From positions 74,660,088 to 74,724,087 of the forward strand of contig NC_053155.1 of assembly GCF_016835505.1 (NCBI RefSeq): a DNA stretch of 64,000 nucleotides. Reading direction: 5' to 3'. This DNA comes from Polypterus senegalus. Its lineage: Eukaryota. Each line of letters starts with the position of its first letter. Positions within the stretch are counted from its first letter, which is position 1. Positions 48,471-63,300 of the stretch are shown in pieces. The position numbers were made by a program, and so were the translations under genes. Under the pieces are notes generated by a model. It did no database searches and was not told where the DNA came from. It saw only the letters and a program-made list of their open reading frames with translations.

Positions 48471-49964
48471 TAGCCATATCTGTATTAGTTGCTTGCATCA
48501 CGCTGCTTTCTTTTGTTCTTTAGGGATTATTTGAGTGAAGTAATTATATAGTGCCGCTGTGTTTACTCTGTTTCCCATTAACTAGGCAAAGACTTATTTG
48601 ATGGCTTAAATACATGAACACTGTTTATGTTTGAGGTTTCCAGTACCATGAATTTCAGCCTCTTATCTACCAGGAGATCCACATGAGCTCGAAAAACTAT
48701 AAGGAAAGTCAATGTCTAAAACTCAGAGAGGTTGTTGCCAGAGATCATTGAGCTAAATTGTAAGCAAAGTTGAAACAAGGATAATCAGGAGTCATTAACT
48801 AGAAGATGTGTTGTCACTAAAACTATGGAACTAAACCCATAGAAAGATTCAAATAGTAGAATGCCATGAGTCATGAACCAGAATACATAAAATACTAATA
48901 GGGGAAAGACTGAATTAGTTCGAGGGATGAAACCATAATCTTGGATGCTGTATACAATGCAGCATGGAATTATAAAGCTAAGTATCAGTGACATGGTACA
49001 TAATCCTATTTGATACGCAGTCCCTTGCAACTGTGTAGAAGGTCTTAGAAATACACAGAATGACAAAGATACAAAATTGTGATGTTACGCATATATTTTA
49101 ATATTTATAGAGGTTAAAATCTTCCAAGGCCCACAGCAGAGCAACAGGAAAAATCACAACTGGGTGTCCCAGTTCAGACCCCGTGCATGTATTTTTGATC
49201 ACAGTTATCTATATTGTAGACTTATATAATAGACTAACATTTATTTTTCAATTAATCATGCCTGTTTTGTTGTTGGCTCACCCTAATGTGTATTTCACGT
49301 TATGGGTGAATGCAATAGTTTACAGGACAATTCCTACCAATTTGGATGTCAAAATGATGTCTAACTTTCTTACCACTAGTCTAACCTGAAAATGTCTCAT
49401 GAAAAATGGACTTGCCTACTTTCTCCCAAATCACTGTATTCCATATGCCTAAGTGTATAAAAAACCCTTGAACATTCAGTATTTCCTCTCACACTTATGA
49501 CAGAGGTCTCTGCGGCAGCATATAAACTGACTTCACAATACTGAACGTTGTATTAGTTAACTTTGTGGTGCACTGAAGAGAGTTTCTTCCAATACCTTTG
49601 ACTCATATGCCATGCAGTCTGTGCTTGCCTCGTTCTCTTCTCCTGCCACTCCTCCTACTGCAGTGATCACGTTACTATTTCCAATATCATATACAGTGAC
49701 AGATAAGTAATTGCAGTATTTCTGTATTTGCTGTTTTTATCCTGTTCTCTACTGCTCCATAATCCATATCTTCAGCAAGAGGACATTTAATGATAAGACT
49801 TTCTAAATACACAAAATGTTATCTATTAAAGGTGGAGTTCTCTAAATGTATTTACTAAACTTTGAGTTTTTCTTGTTATAGTTCTACTACTTTGATCAAA
49901 GAGATCAATTAAGTGAACTTGGTAAAGTCTATTTTGTTAAGAACAAGCAGGCAATGTTTTGTAA

Positions 49965-52410
49965 TACTGTATTATGTATATTATAGTCATGGGGGACTTT
50001 AATTATCCAAATATTAACTGGGATAACCTTACAGATGGAGGAGCACAAGAGCAGGAGTTTTTAGAAGTAATCAGCGACTGTTTTTTAACACAGCATGTTA
50101 AAGCACCAACAAGGGGTGAAGCCTATCTGGATTTAGTATTCTGTAATAATCAGGATAGAATTGAGGGTGTAGAGGTGATTGAACCACTAGGGTCAAGTGA
50201 CCATAATGTAATACAATTCTCAGTATTTTGTAAGAGTACAGATGCAAAGACTAAAATTGTTAAGTTGAACTTTAGTAGGGCTAATTTTGAGCAGATGCGA
50301 CAAAGTCTAAGTAGGATAGACTGGGATAAGCTTTTAAATGTGGAGACAGTCGAGGAGCAGTGGAACAGGTTTAAAAATGTTTTACATGTAATGCAGGACA
50401 GATACATACCTAAATTTGGAAGTAATAGGAAACTAAAAAATCTCCACGATGGATTAATAAAGATTTAAAAAAGAAGTTGCAAAGGAAAAAACTGCTGTAT
50501 AAGGCATATAAGACTAATGACTGCAAAGAGAACCGTAGAGCGTATGAGAAAATGAGGGCAACCATTAAGAAGGATATCAGAGAGGCTAAAAGACAGTTGG
50601 AGAGGAATATAGCAGATAAGGCGAAAGAAGACCCCAAGAGATTCTTTCAGTATTTTAGTAGTAAAAGAACAGTTAAGGAGGAGGTCAAGTTCATCAGGAA
50701 TAGTAAAGGGGAATTAAAAGATACAGACAATGAAATAGCAGATGCCCTAAACTTACATTTTTCTGAGGTGTTTACAAGTGAGCAAGTGGATAACCTGCCA
50801 GAGGTAAACACAACTACTAAGGAGGTACTGAGGGATTTGGAAATTGTAGAGGGAGAAGTGCTGCTCGGATTAAATAAGATAAAATCAAACAAATCACCAG
50901 GCCCAGATAATATTTATCCTCGTGTTTTTAAGGAGGCTAGTGAGTACATATATAAACCCTTGACACATATTTTTAGGAAGTCACTGTGCACTGAGAGATT
51001 CCAAAGGACTGGAAAATGGCAAATATCATCCCATTATATAAAAAGGGTGACAGGGCAGATCCAAGCAACTATAGGCCAGTAAGCTTAACAAGCATCACAG
51101 GAAAATTAATGGAAGGAATTATTAAGGATAAGATTGAGCAACACATGACAAGGACAGGAGTTATTCTGAACAGTCAGCATGGGTTCAGAAGGGGGAGGTC
51201 GTGTTTTACTAACATGCTGGAATTCTATGAGGAGGCAACAAAGGATACGATCAAAGTGGAGCTTATGATATTATTTATCTGGACTTTCAGAAAGCATTTG
51301 ATAAGGTGCCACATGAGAGGTTGGGCATCAAGTTAAAAGAAGTGGGAATTCAGGGTGATGTTTTTAGATGGGTGCAGAATTGGCTCAGACACAGGAAGCA
51401 GAGGGTGATGGTGCGAGGAACCTCATCAGAACTGGCCGATGTTAAGAGTGGTGTTCCACAGGGGTCAGTGCTAGGGCCGCTGCTATTTTTAATATATATA
51501 AATGATTTAGATAGGAATATAAGTAACAAGCTGGTTAAGTTTGCAGATGATACCAAGATAGGTGGATTAGCAGATAATTTGGAATCCGTTATATCATTAC
51601 AGAAGGACTTGGATAGCATACAGGCTTGGGCAGATTTGTGGCAGATGAAATTTAATGTCAGTAAATGTAAAGTATTACACATAGGAAGTAAAAATATTAG
51701 GTTTGAATACACAATGGGCGGTCGAAAAATCGAGAGTACACCTTATGAGAAGGATTTAGGAGTCATAGTGGACTCCAAGCTATCAACTTCCAAACACTAT
51801 TCAGAAGCCATTAAGAAGGCTAACAGAATGTTAGGTTATATAGCACGATCTGTGGAGTACAAGTCCAAGGAGGTTATGCTCAACCTTTATAATGCACTGG
51901 TGAGGCCTCATCTTGAGTACTGTGTGCAGTTTTGGCTACAAAAGGACATAGCAGCACTAGAAAAGGTCCAGAGAAGAGCGACTAGGCTGATTCCAGGTCT
52001 ACAGGGGTTGAATTATGAGGAAAGATTAAAAGAGCTGAGCCTTTACAGTTTAAGCAAAAGAAGATTAAGAGGTGACATGATTGAAGTGTTTAAAATTATG
52101 AAGGGAATTAGTACAGTGGATCGAGACTTGTATTTTAAAATGAGCTCATCAAGAACACGGGGACACAGTTGGAAAATTGTTAAGGGTAAATTTCGCACAA
52201 ACATTAGGAAGTTTTTCTTTACACAAATAACAATAAACACTTGGAATAAGTTACCAAGTAGTGTGGTAGACAGTAAGACGTTAGGGACTTTCAAAACTCG
52301 ACTTGATGTTTTCTTGGAGGAAGCAAGTGGATAGGACTGGCGAGCTTTGTTGGGCTGAATGGCCTGTTCTCGTCTAGATTGTTCTAATTCTAATTCTAAT
52401 TCTAATAAAG
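49965..52410 (+). mobile_element. CR1/L2-clade LINE, 5'-truncated, with an ORF2 of APE-endonuclease C-terminus plus RT, frameshifted in three places, and a 3' (TTCTAA)n tail
   Basis: ORF 49974-50468 has GDFNYPNINW...SDHN (APE). ORF 51306-52334 has ...LLFLIYINDL...KFADDTKIGG...RTRGHSWKIVKGKFRTNIRKFFFTQ..INTWNKLP (the CR1/L2 RT C-terminus). The microsatellite lies at 52379-52407. Confidence 0.88.
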
Positions 52411-52818
52411 TATTGATATGTATATGTGTTATTCACAACCCTTACATATTGACACTTGTTCATAAATGTTCATTTAAGGTATTTCTTGATAAGAGACATT
52501 CCTGCTAATATGGTAGATTTGTAGATTAATTGCAAACTATTATAGAATTCTGGCAATAATTACCATTATCAAATAAAAGAAAGTAAAATATATCTAACAT
52601 CTCTACATGTTTTGTTCTTGTTTTGCTTAAATGTCAATGGGAAAATGATCTTATTGTGATTTTACTGCATAAAGTATAGGGAGTATTATAGGTTCAACTT
52701 CTTGTATCCTATAAATTACTGTATATACTTCCAAGATGTTTGGTTTAGAAGGTTAAAAAGAACATTATTCAGTGATTAATAGTATTGCCGATTAATAATC
52801 TGTGTTGTTTCAATCAAG

Positions 52819-52899
52819 GCCACACTATATGGAAAAATCAGCAATCAAGAAATTGAGACCATGGTGTCTACCACTGAACTGCAGAAGACTAAAGGGACA
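52819..52899 (+). CDS. PARP4: PARP4 exon; encodes ATLYGKISNQEIETMVSTTELQKTKGT
   Basis: AG at 52817-52818 and GT at 52900-52901. Aligns with human ATLCALIQEKEFRTMVSTTELQKTTGT. Confidence 0.9.
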
Positions 52900-54177
52900 G
52901 TAAGTTCTTCACAGTCTTATAATTACATATGGAAAAATTTGCACTGTATTTAAATAGTAAATAAAAGGTTCCTCTGCAAGTTTCAGTGTTATTTTGTAAG
53001 ATCAAACAAAACTAGTTTTTGTATTTTAATTTTGCTTTCCACCACACTGGTCATTGTGTATCATTTTACATGCAATCATGTAGTTTCTGGTATACTTATT
53101 AAACATTAATTAAAAACGTGCAGTTGGATTAATTAATTAATTTGTGCAGCTGTGTAAGTACCAGTCACAGATGTCCTGTTGTCAATGAGCTGCAGGCAGA
53201 TTTCACCAAACTACAAGGAAAAAATGCTTAAAATATGCCACATGTTACTTTGGAAGATATAGCTAAGTAGTTTGAAAAGTAGAGCCGTGCAGTATTTGTC
53301 AAACTCAAATAGGCAACCCTACATGTCAAAATTCAGTCAGTATTTCCACTGAAAAAAATATCTGTATTCACCAAAGAAGATAGGAATTTCAGCTATGTTT
53401 TGCGTTATTTTTTTGAGCCAACGTTACATGTGTACATTTAGTTTTAATGAGGTTTTATAGTACTTACTCATGTTTCAACACGGTGTCACAGAGTGAGTTC
53501 CTGTCATACTGTCATGATTGTCAGGCTCCATCAATAGAAAATTGTTAGATTGCAATTATCTTAATCTGCTTATAATGCAATGTCACAGTATTGCTAAGTT
53601 TTTAATGCGGTTATGACGTCACCAGGCTGTGTTTAGGAGCTCATCAGCACAGTTATTTCTAAAGTATGTGATTCTGCTCAGGATTTTTTTAGATAAGAGT
53701 AATGTAGCAAATTTGCTCTGTATTGAAATAAAGTCTGGCGACAAATCTGTGGGGAGCAATCTTTCTTTATCTAACATTGCTGTCCTTAACATACTCATCA
53801 GTCGTAAAGCACTAGAACTACCTGATTCATTGAAGGCTGCAATATTGCTTTGTCACACAAAATTAAAAAAAAACCCTTAGGAGTTTCATATTCTAAATGA
53901 GGCATTTTTTGTGAGTGCTTACTATCCAGGGGCATGAAGGTATGGCTAGTTAGACATGATGTGAACATAAACTAATAGCCATTAAATTGTCGATGTCCAT
54001 TCAGTGTATGGCACCATTTCTCCCAGAAAATTGTTGCAATTACAAATGTTTTGGTATGCACATGTTTATTTCCTTTATGTGCATTGGAGCAACACAAAAA
54101 AACAGAGAAAAAAAGCCAAATCTAACATCATTTCACACAAAACTCAAAAACCAGGCTGGACAAAATTATTGTCGTCC

Positions 54178-55218
<1,041 letters not shown>

Positions 55219-55610
55219 GCTTAGTGTGGCACACTCAGACACACAACAGAAAGGTTGAGTCAACTTTTCTCCAAGCCCTGAACCTGGACCTTTTCCAGAG
55301 ACAATGGAGTTCTGCCACAGACAATAAAATTGTTTGTTGATAGGTACAAGTTGAATGATATTCAATTTAGCATCTATAAAGAAAAAGAAAGTGTTTTTAG
55401 TATGCAAAATTGTGTCTTTATACACATTTTTGGTGAGTAATATATAACTAATAAAATATAACAAAAGCTAAAAGTTAATTGCTGAAAAACTAAAACTAAA
55501 TAAAAACTAAAAAAAGAATGAAAAACTATATAAAAACTAAAATTAGAAAATGGCCAAAATCTGAAACAAAAAAATAAAATCAAAAACTAAAATGAAATAT
55601 CTTAAAACTA

Positions 55611-55906
55611 GGGCAGCATGGTGGCTGCGTGGAGTTTGCATGTTCTCCTCGTGTCTGCATGGGTTTCCTCCGGGTACTCCTATTTCCTCCCACAGTCCAA
55701 AGACATGCAGGTTAGGTCCATTGGCGATCCAAAATTGTCCCTAGTGTGTGCTTGGTGTGTGGGTGTGAGTGTGCCCTGTGGTGGACTGGCGCACTGCCCG
55801 GGGTTTGTTTCCTGCCTTACACCCTGTGTTTGCTGGGATTGGCTCCAGCAGACCCCCGTGACCCTGTAGTTAGGATATAGCGGGTTGGATAATGGATGGA
55901 TGGATC
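55611..55906 (+). mobile_element. SINE-like interspersed repeat, copy 3, the most complete, with a tRNA-like 5' GGGCAGCATGGTGGC
   Basis: gggcagcatggtggctgcgtggagtttgcatgttctcc...agtccaaagacatgcaggttaggtccattggcgatccaaaattg...gctgggattggctccagcagacccccgtgaccctgtagttaggatatagcgggttggataatggatggatggatc. It is preceded by an A-rich (AAAACTAAA)-like tract at 55380-55610. Confidence 0.8.
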
Positions 55907-55974
55907 TTAAAACTAGAAAAATAGTGTCTAGGAATGCATGATTTATGTATGTTGAGGTTATACTGACGATGTTC

Positions 55975-56040
55975 TTTTATTTCTCTCTCTCTCTCTGTCT
56001 TTTTCTCTCTCTCTGTCTCACACACACATAAGCACACACT
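55975..56040. repeat. (CT)n/(CA)n compound microsatellite
   Basis: ctctctctctctctgtctttttctctctctctgtctcacacacacat. Confidence 0.9.
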
Positions 56041-57393
56041 TTTACCTTCATCTTCCGAAACTGGAAGAATTTCTGTTTACTGTTGTTTTATCTTGGTAGA
56101 GTAATATATTGCTGTACTTTCCCCTATTGTATTATTAATATGTAGCCTTTGTCAGAATGCCTAATGTCATAGACTTACCACTGTTTATAAGGTATTATTG
56201 TATATAACTTATCCCCACCTTCCCTTCTATATCTATAATCTCAGGCAATTAGATGTAGTAAAAAGACAAGCAGGAGTTAAGTTACACATAAAATAATGTA
56301 TTATTGATAATATTCATAAATAATAACAAAATGCAAAGTACATTTGAATATTGGCAACCATACAACCTGATTAAATGGTGATGTGTAGTTTCAGGCGGGA
56401 CACAGACTTGTTTGTTACTTAATGTCTCTAGCTAAAGCATCATTGTTGCTCAGCTTTCTTCAGAGCAGGCTGTATTGCCTGCCTCAGTATGGCTGCTGAG
56501 CTGTGCTCTTCATTGTGTTGTCTTCATCATCACAGGTTAGCAAGAGAGAGAATGTGGTTGAGAAAGCAGATTTATAGATTATCTGTCCAACCACTAGCCA
56601 ATAAGACATCATGGTATTTAAAGGCCTCTGAGACAAGCCAATTCCAAACAGCCATACCTTAGACCAATGGGGTAATAGAACATCTTAACACCTGCCACCC
56701 CCCAAAACCATATGTTAAACATCCTGGCTTCCTTGCGGGGGTTGAAAGACTTTAACAGAGGTATACTCATCCTCCCCCAACTCTGTCATAAAATTCAAAG
56801 ATACCCATTCCTAAATTGGGGGTAAACACCCCCACTAAATTACATTGCTTTGCCTAAATTACAAACAAAGACATACAAAATATTTATCAAGTTATATGTA
56901 AAATCTCACATCACAACAACTGTCCTGGTGTTTACTTCTAGGAGGTCCCTAAAACCACTTTTAACATCCAAGGTTGCTCTTGAGATCACAGTGCCACAGT
57001 GCCCTCTGATGACTTCTATACAGCATTTGCAGAAGGCCTCCCTTCAGGGCTACATACCCTAGCATGAATTTTCAGAGTCTATGTGTTCAAAGTATTTGCT
57101 GGCAAAGTACTGTAGATCACTGTCCTCCACTAATAACTCAGTTGGGGCAAATCCATATTGAAAAACACCATTTCATGGGATGCACCTTCTGGCAAGACTC
57201 ATTAGCTTATGTGTTAATTGAACATCTCCTTGATATTTTCTCATTTTTTGGCTTTATCCTCCTTTTGTCTGAAAAATGTGTGACTTCATGAACAGCTATA
57301 CAACGTTTCATTTTTATCTGCAAATATGTGCTGCTGTAGTGTATATGAATAATGTATGTCTACATAACCTGCTTGAATTTAATTTTTCTTCAG

Positions 57394-57474
57394 ATGCTTC
57401 ATAAACTTACGGCAAGAGCTCTAATCAGAGACTATGAGGAAGGAATACTACATGCAGATGGTATTGAGCATGAG
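57394..57474 (+). CDS. PARP4: PARP4 exon; encodes MLHKLTARALIRDYEEGILHADGIEHE
   Basis: AG at 57392-57393 and GT at 57475-57476. Aligns with human MIHKLAARALIRDYEDGILHENETSHE. Confidence 0.9.
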
Positions 57475-58635
57475 GTGAGTTACAAAGTGACAAATACCCA
57501 AATGATGTATGAAATGCATCTCTTAACACCCCATACTAGTCTAGTCCTTGTTTTTTTAGCTATGATCTTGTCTTTCTATAATGTTAACATGAAGTACAAT
57601 ATCTTTCTCATGCCAGCTTTGATGTGCCATTAGAGTCATGGCTGTTTCACTCAGGACAGTCAAATGATATTTTTCAGAATTCGGTTCTACGTGTGTATGT
57701 GAATGTAGATTCCAATTCAAGTTGGATAGTCTGACATATCCAGCGACTCAGTCCAACCAGTCTGCGACTCACACCATCAAAATCAAACAGATCTGATTTT
57801 GTCTTAGGTTATAGGGCTGTGGACTCTGTGAGTTAAGAACCTATGAGCATTCAGTCAGATAAACAATGCATGCTACATGGAATAAGCAATGTGTATTTTG
57901 GATCTCACAAATAGTAGAGAGGCTTGTCTATGTGATGTCTCATGTTTTACATACCATGAGGTCTGATTGTGTAAAGCATTCATACTGTATAACCCCAGCT
58001 CTGTCAGGAAACACATTGTTGGCTGTCAGTAAAAGAGGTGAGCTTGTGATGCTTTGGAAATTAAACCTGGGACATTGTCAAGGAATCAATAAAATTGTCA
58101 TCCCCTATGATAATTGTTTGTGTAGTGTGACAAACTCAAGCAACAAAATCTGGAACTGGAGTTGTCAAGTTTGAGGTCCCCTCTGGCTATATGTTGTGTA
58201 ATGTGCCACCAGCCGTAGACACTGCAAATACAGAATTGGGTTGCACTTAGATGATATTTCTCTACTTACTGTATTTTGTATCCTTTAATAATTATTTTTG
58301 ATTATCTATAAGCAATTTACACGTGTTATAGTAAAACATTGTGGCAAAATTGCTCAAATGAATAGGGGTTTCATTCATAAAATGTCTAGCAAAATGTATT
58401 GTTAAAGCATCATTTTGCACATTTAACTTTAAGTACTGCATTTTAAATGTATTACCTTTTTAGTTATAACATTTTAATATCAGTTTTACATGATATATTG
58501 TACAGCTGAAGGTCATCTTAAACTTCATAGCCCCAGATTTAAACTTAATTGAAATTTTTAAATTGTTGGAAAATCCAGTTTTGGCAGTCTTTGACATTAT
58601 TTACGATTATTTTTTTTTTTTTGTTTGTTTTTTAG

Positions 58636-58731
58636 GCAAAGAAATCTGAATTAAAACCATTCATTATTTCACTGAGCAAAGAATACTCCATAGTGACTCA
58701 ATATACAAGCTTCATAGCAGTTGAAAAAAGG
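58636..58731 (+). CDS. PARP4: PARP4 exon; encodes AKKSELKPFIISLSKEYSIVTQYTSFIAVEKR
   Basis: AG at 58634-58635 and GT at 58732-58733. Aligns with human MKKQTLKSLIIKLSKENSLITQFTSFVAVEKR. Confidence 0.9.
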
Positions 58732-59467
58732 GTATGTATTTAAGTAAATTATTTTGTAATAACTGTCCTGGCATGTAGGATTTTCAGAACATTACCTTAA
58801 TGTTTGTATTTAACTTAAGTAAATATTTACATTTGTGACAATTTCATTTAAAATTGTGACTTATTATTGAAATTTAGAAGGGGTGGGGCAGCTTTTACGT
58901 TTCCATATATCACATAGTTTTACCCACATTAGCAGCAGTTAATTAAATTGAACTTGTTTAACTGTGACTGTAAAATAAATGTGTGTCATTTGAAATCTCG
59001 AATTCCCTTCCAGGTGAAGCACCCTCAAGCAATAAATTAATAAATAAAAAAAACTGATTTATAAATGGAATTTTGTAACATACACTGTCTGCAATAACAA
59101 TAATGAATATAATAAACATCTTACAGTTACAGAGCAGCTACATTTGAAAATTTTGAAGGATCAGAATACTTTTTATAAGGTGTAACAAACAGAGGCTACC
59201 AAATATGAGCCCCTACACTGCACCACTGTGTACACTTTGAGCACGTCTCAGAATCGGTGTCATTTCCAGACACTAGGATGGGAATTCTATCTGTACATAA
59301 GTGCTTTCAGTCTGGAAGAAGTTTCTTTACATTAAGTTAGTGCTGTAATTTACAGTACTACAATGACATAATACAGTAAAGGAATATATTCTTTTAGATT
59401 GAATTTTAAATTATTCACTGAAATGGTACAAAACTTGATATATTTCAAATAAATATTTATATTTCAG

Positions 59468-59593
59468 GATGTGGATAAACAACAAGATTTCAGCGAGACT
59501 AATATAACGGAGCTGATCTCACAAGAAGATATTGACTGTTTACCCTATTTAGGTTGGGAACAGGATTTGAAGGCAGCTTCAATTTTCTCTGAG
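59468..59593 (+). CDS. PARP4: PARP4 exon; encodes DVDKQQDFSETNITELISQEDIDCLPYLGWEQDLKAASIFSE
   Basis: AG at 59466-59467 and GT at 59594-59595. Aligns with human DENESPFPDIPKVSELIAKEDVDFLPYMSWQGEPQEAV. Confidence 0.85.
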
Positions 59594-60369
59594 GTATTTA
59601 AGATCATAAATCTGTAATTTTAAATAATTACATTTCTGTTTGAAATACAGGTTTATGTTTATGGGATCATTATTGTCACTTGTACAGAGTATCGTGACAT
59701 TTTGCTTGCACATTCTATTTAATATCTAACATGTTGCCACTCACTAGCACCATCTTTAGCAAGTATAACTATCTTACCTTGAAATTCCTTACCTGAAAAA
59801 ATCTCAGATCAAATAACCTAACAAAAATAAAAATTACACTTTATACCAAAGAGTCTTTTGTATGACTTGTCACCTAAACCTAACTGCAAGTCACGTTTCC
59901 TGTTTGAGTTGTGTCAATAATTCTGTTATGTCAGGCAAGAGACAGCTACATATTGCAAGTGAACAATGTCTAATTATGTGATGCAACGATCAATCTACCA
60001 GAGATCAGTATTTTTAGTTATCAATCCTAATTGGCATTCAGCTTGTACCTTTAAAAAAGTGGAATACTGTGGGAAGTGCTCAAGTTTCTTTTTCTGCCAA
60101 CAGGAAAATTCAGTTTATTGCCTTAAAGTGTACTTCAACAAGCAGTCTCCTTTTATTCCCATTTTACTAAGTGAAAAAAGTCCTTAGTAAAGCAGTAGTG
60201 TGAGATTAAGAAATATTCCTTCTGAGAGCCAAGTCACTTTTTTGGAACCTGATTGCATTAGTTGAGTAAATTGTTTACACAAATTTCATTTCATTTTATT
60301 GTGTAAAGTACTTAAGTAGGTCACTACCTAATGCCACCTGTTTCAGATATTTTCGTTGCTGGGATACAA

Positions 60370-63300
60370 TACAATACAATACAGTTTATTTTTGTATAGC
60401 CCAAAATCACACAGGAAGTGCCGCAATGGGCTTTAACAGGCCCTGCCTCTTGACAGCCCCCCAGCCTTGACTCTCTGAGAAGACAAGGAAAAACTCCCAA
60501 AAAACCTTGTAGGGAAAATGGAAGAAACCTGGGAAAGGCAGTTCAAAAGAGACCCCTTTCCAGGTAGGTTGGGCGTGCAGTGGGTGTCAAAAGTAGGGGG
60601 TCAATACAATACACAGAACAGAACAATTCCTTAATACAGCATAATAATAAAAATTTTAGAAGTATACAGTTTAACAGTAGATGATATGACATAATTAGGT
60701 TTGGATATTTTTAGAGTCCTGGAGACCTCATCCATCTAGCTGCCTCCCATTTGGCCATGCCACGGCTGAAACGTTGCTCGATGAAAGGACCCTCTTTCCC
60801 ATGATTCCTGTGATCCTCCATCAGGGATGACTTTACCATAGGCAGGCAAACAACTTGGCAGGTGGGCGTGGCACCAATGCCACATTTGGGTACCGAGAAA
60901 GAAACAGAATAGGTGAGGGTTAGTATTCAAATATAATTATCATGTTACTTATGTTTAGTGCTAATGACTAACAACAGAGATGCAGTATGTACAGTTAATC
61001 AGCAGCTCTAGTCAGGATATGCTAAACTGAAGTAGTGAGTCTTCAGCCGGGATTTAAAGGCTGAGACTGAAGGGGCATCTCTTATGGAAGCAGGAAGACC
61101 ATTCCACAGTTTAGGGGCCCTGTAACTAAAAGCTCGACCTCCCACTGTTATTTTATTAATCCTTGGAATCCTAAGCAGACCGGCATCTTGAGATCTTAAT
61201 GTGCTCAGGTTTGTAAGTCATGATAAGTTCAGACAAGTAAGCGGACCTTGGCCATTTAATGCTTTATATGTTAAAAGGAGGATTTTGAAATCTGCCCTAA
61301 ACTTAACTGGGAGCCAGTGTAAAGATTTAAGAACTGGGGTTATGTGTTCATATTTTCTTGTTCTTGTAATAATTCTTGCAGCGCATTTTGGATTAACTGG
61401 AGGCTGTATAGAGAACAGTTTGAACAGCCAGTGAACACCGCATTGCAGTAGTCAATCCTACTAGAGATAAATGCATGAATTAATTTCTCACAATCCTGTT
61501 TATTTAGAAAGCGCCTTAATTTCCTAACATTTTTAAGATGGAAAAACATGTTTTGGACGACTTTGTAATATGCTTTAAATGACATGCTAGAGTCAAAGAT
61601 AACTCCTAGATTGCGGGCTGATTCAGTAAAATTAATTGGGATTCCAACTGAGTTAAATGACGACAAAATATTGCTGTGATCAGCGTCATTCCCTCCAACA
61701 ATTAACATCTCTGTTTTATCTGTATTTAAAGACAAGTAGTTCTCATTCATCCATTCCTTTAATTCACTAACACAACTAATTAAAGACAACATCGGAGAAA
61801 CTTCATTTGATTTAAATGAAAGGTATAACTGGGTGTCATCTGCATACGAGTGAAAATTAACATTATGTTTCCTAATGAGAGATCCCAGTGGAAGCATGTA
61901 AAGTGAAAACAGTAAAGGTCCCAGTACTGAGCCCTGCGGACACCATATTGAACTTCTGTGTATAATGATGGAGTACTGTCTGCACATTTCTGTACATATG
62001 GAATCGATTTGATAAATAAGAACTGAACCAAGCGAGCACGGGCCTGTAAGCCCAACATCGTTTTCTAGCCTGTGCAGTAAAATAGAATGGTCAATGGTGT
62101 CAAATGCTGCACTTAAGTCCAACAACATAATTACAGTGGAATTTCCTTCATCAGAGGATATCAGAATGTCATTTACAACCCGTGTTAGTGCGTTTCTGTA
62201 CTATGACCAGTGCGAAAGCCAGACTGGAATTTCTCAAATAAATTGTAATGCGTAAGGTGTGACTGAAGCTGACTGGCGACTACTTTTCTAGTATTTTAGA
62301 GAGAAATGGTAAATTTGAAATAGGCCTATAGTTATTTAGTATGTGTGGGTCTAGGTCTGACTTTTTAAGTAAAGGTTTAATGACTGACACTTTTAGTGCA
62401 TCAGGTACTGTGCCATGCAGTAATGAACTATTGATAATGTTAGAATAGGGCTGCAAGAACATCCATTGCACTTTTACTAGTTTTGTTGGCACTGGATCTA
62501 GGGAACAAGTAGTGGGCTTCATTTTAGTAATTAAAGTTAAGACTTCCTGGTGAGTTACAGGATTAAAATTATTAAAGTGCTGAATGCAATGTGCAGGGTC
62601 TGCTAAGCTAGTATTTGGTTTGTACTGTGATGCTGAGATCTGGGACCTTATATTTTTAATTTTCTCATTGAAGAAGTTCATAAAGTCTGTACTGCTAATA
62701 TCTGTTGGTATTTTGCACTGTTGATCTGAATTCCCATTTGTTAATTTAGCCACTGCTCTAAAAGTACCCTAGGATTTTTATTATTGCTATCTATTAATGT
62801 AGAATAGTATTCTGAGCGAGCTTTAAAGAGGGCTTTTTATATTTATTAACACTCTCTGTCCATGCAATTTGAAAGACATGTAGCTTTGTTGTTCTCCATC
62901 TGCGCTCCAGTTTTCGACACTCTAATTTAAGAGCTCGAGTATTTTCATTAAACCAGGGAGAGTTTCTATGTGCTTTGATCACTTTTGTTTTAGGGGAGCC
63001 ACTGTGTCCAGAGCATCTCTCAAGGTCACATTATAATGTGATATTAGCTGATCTAAATTGTTTTCCACGTTTACATTTGATGTTAACTGATCTAAATGGT
63101 TTTCCACAATTACACTCGACTTACTCAAGGTATCTATAAATTTTGAAGCAGAATTACAATCTAGATGTCGCACTGTCTTTGTTTTAATCTGTGAGTGCTG
63201 GCATGGGCAGAACTAAATCAAATGTAATTAAGAAGTGATCGGAAATAACTACATTTAATGGAGTAATATTTAAATTTTGAATTTCAACTTTGTAAGTTAT

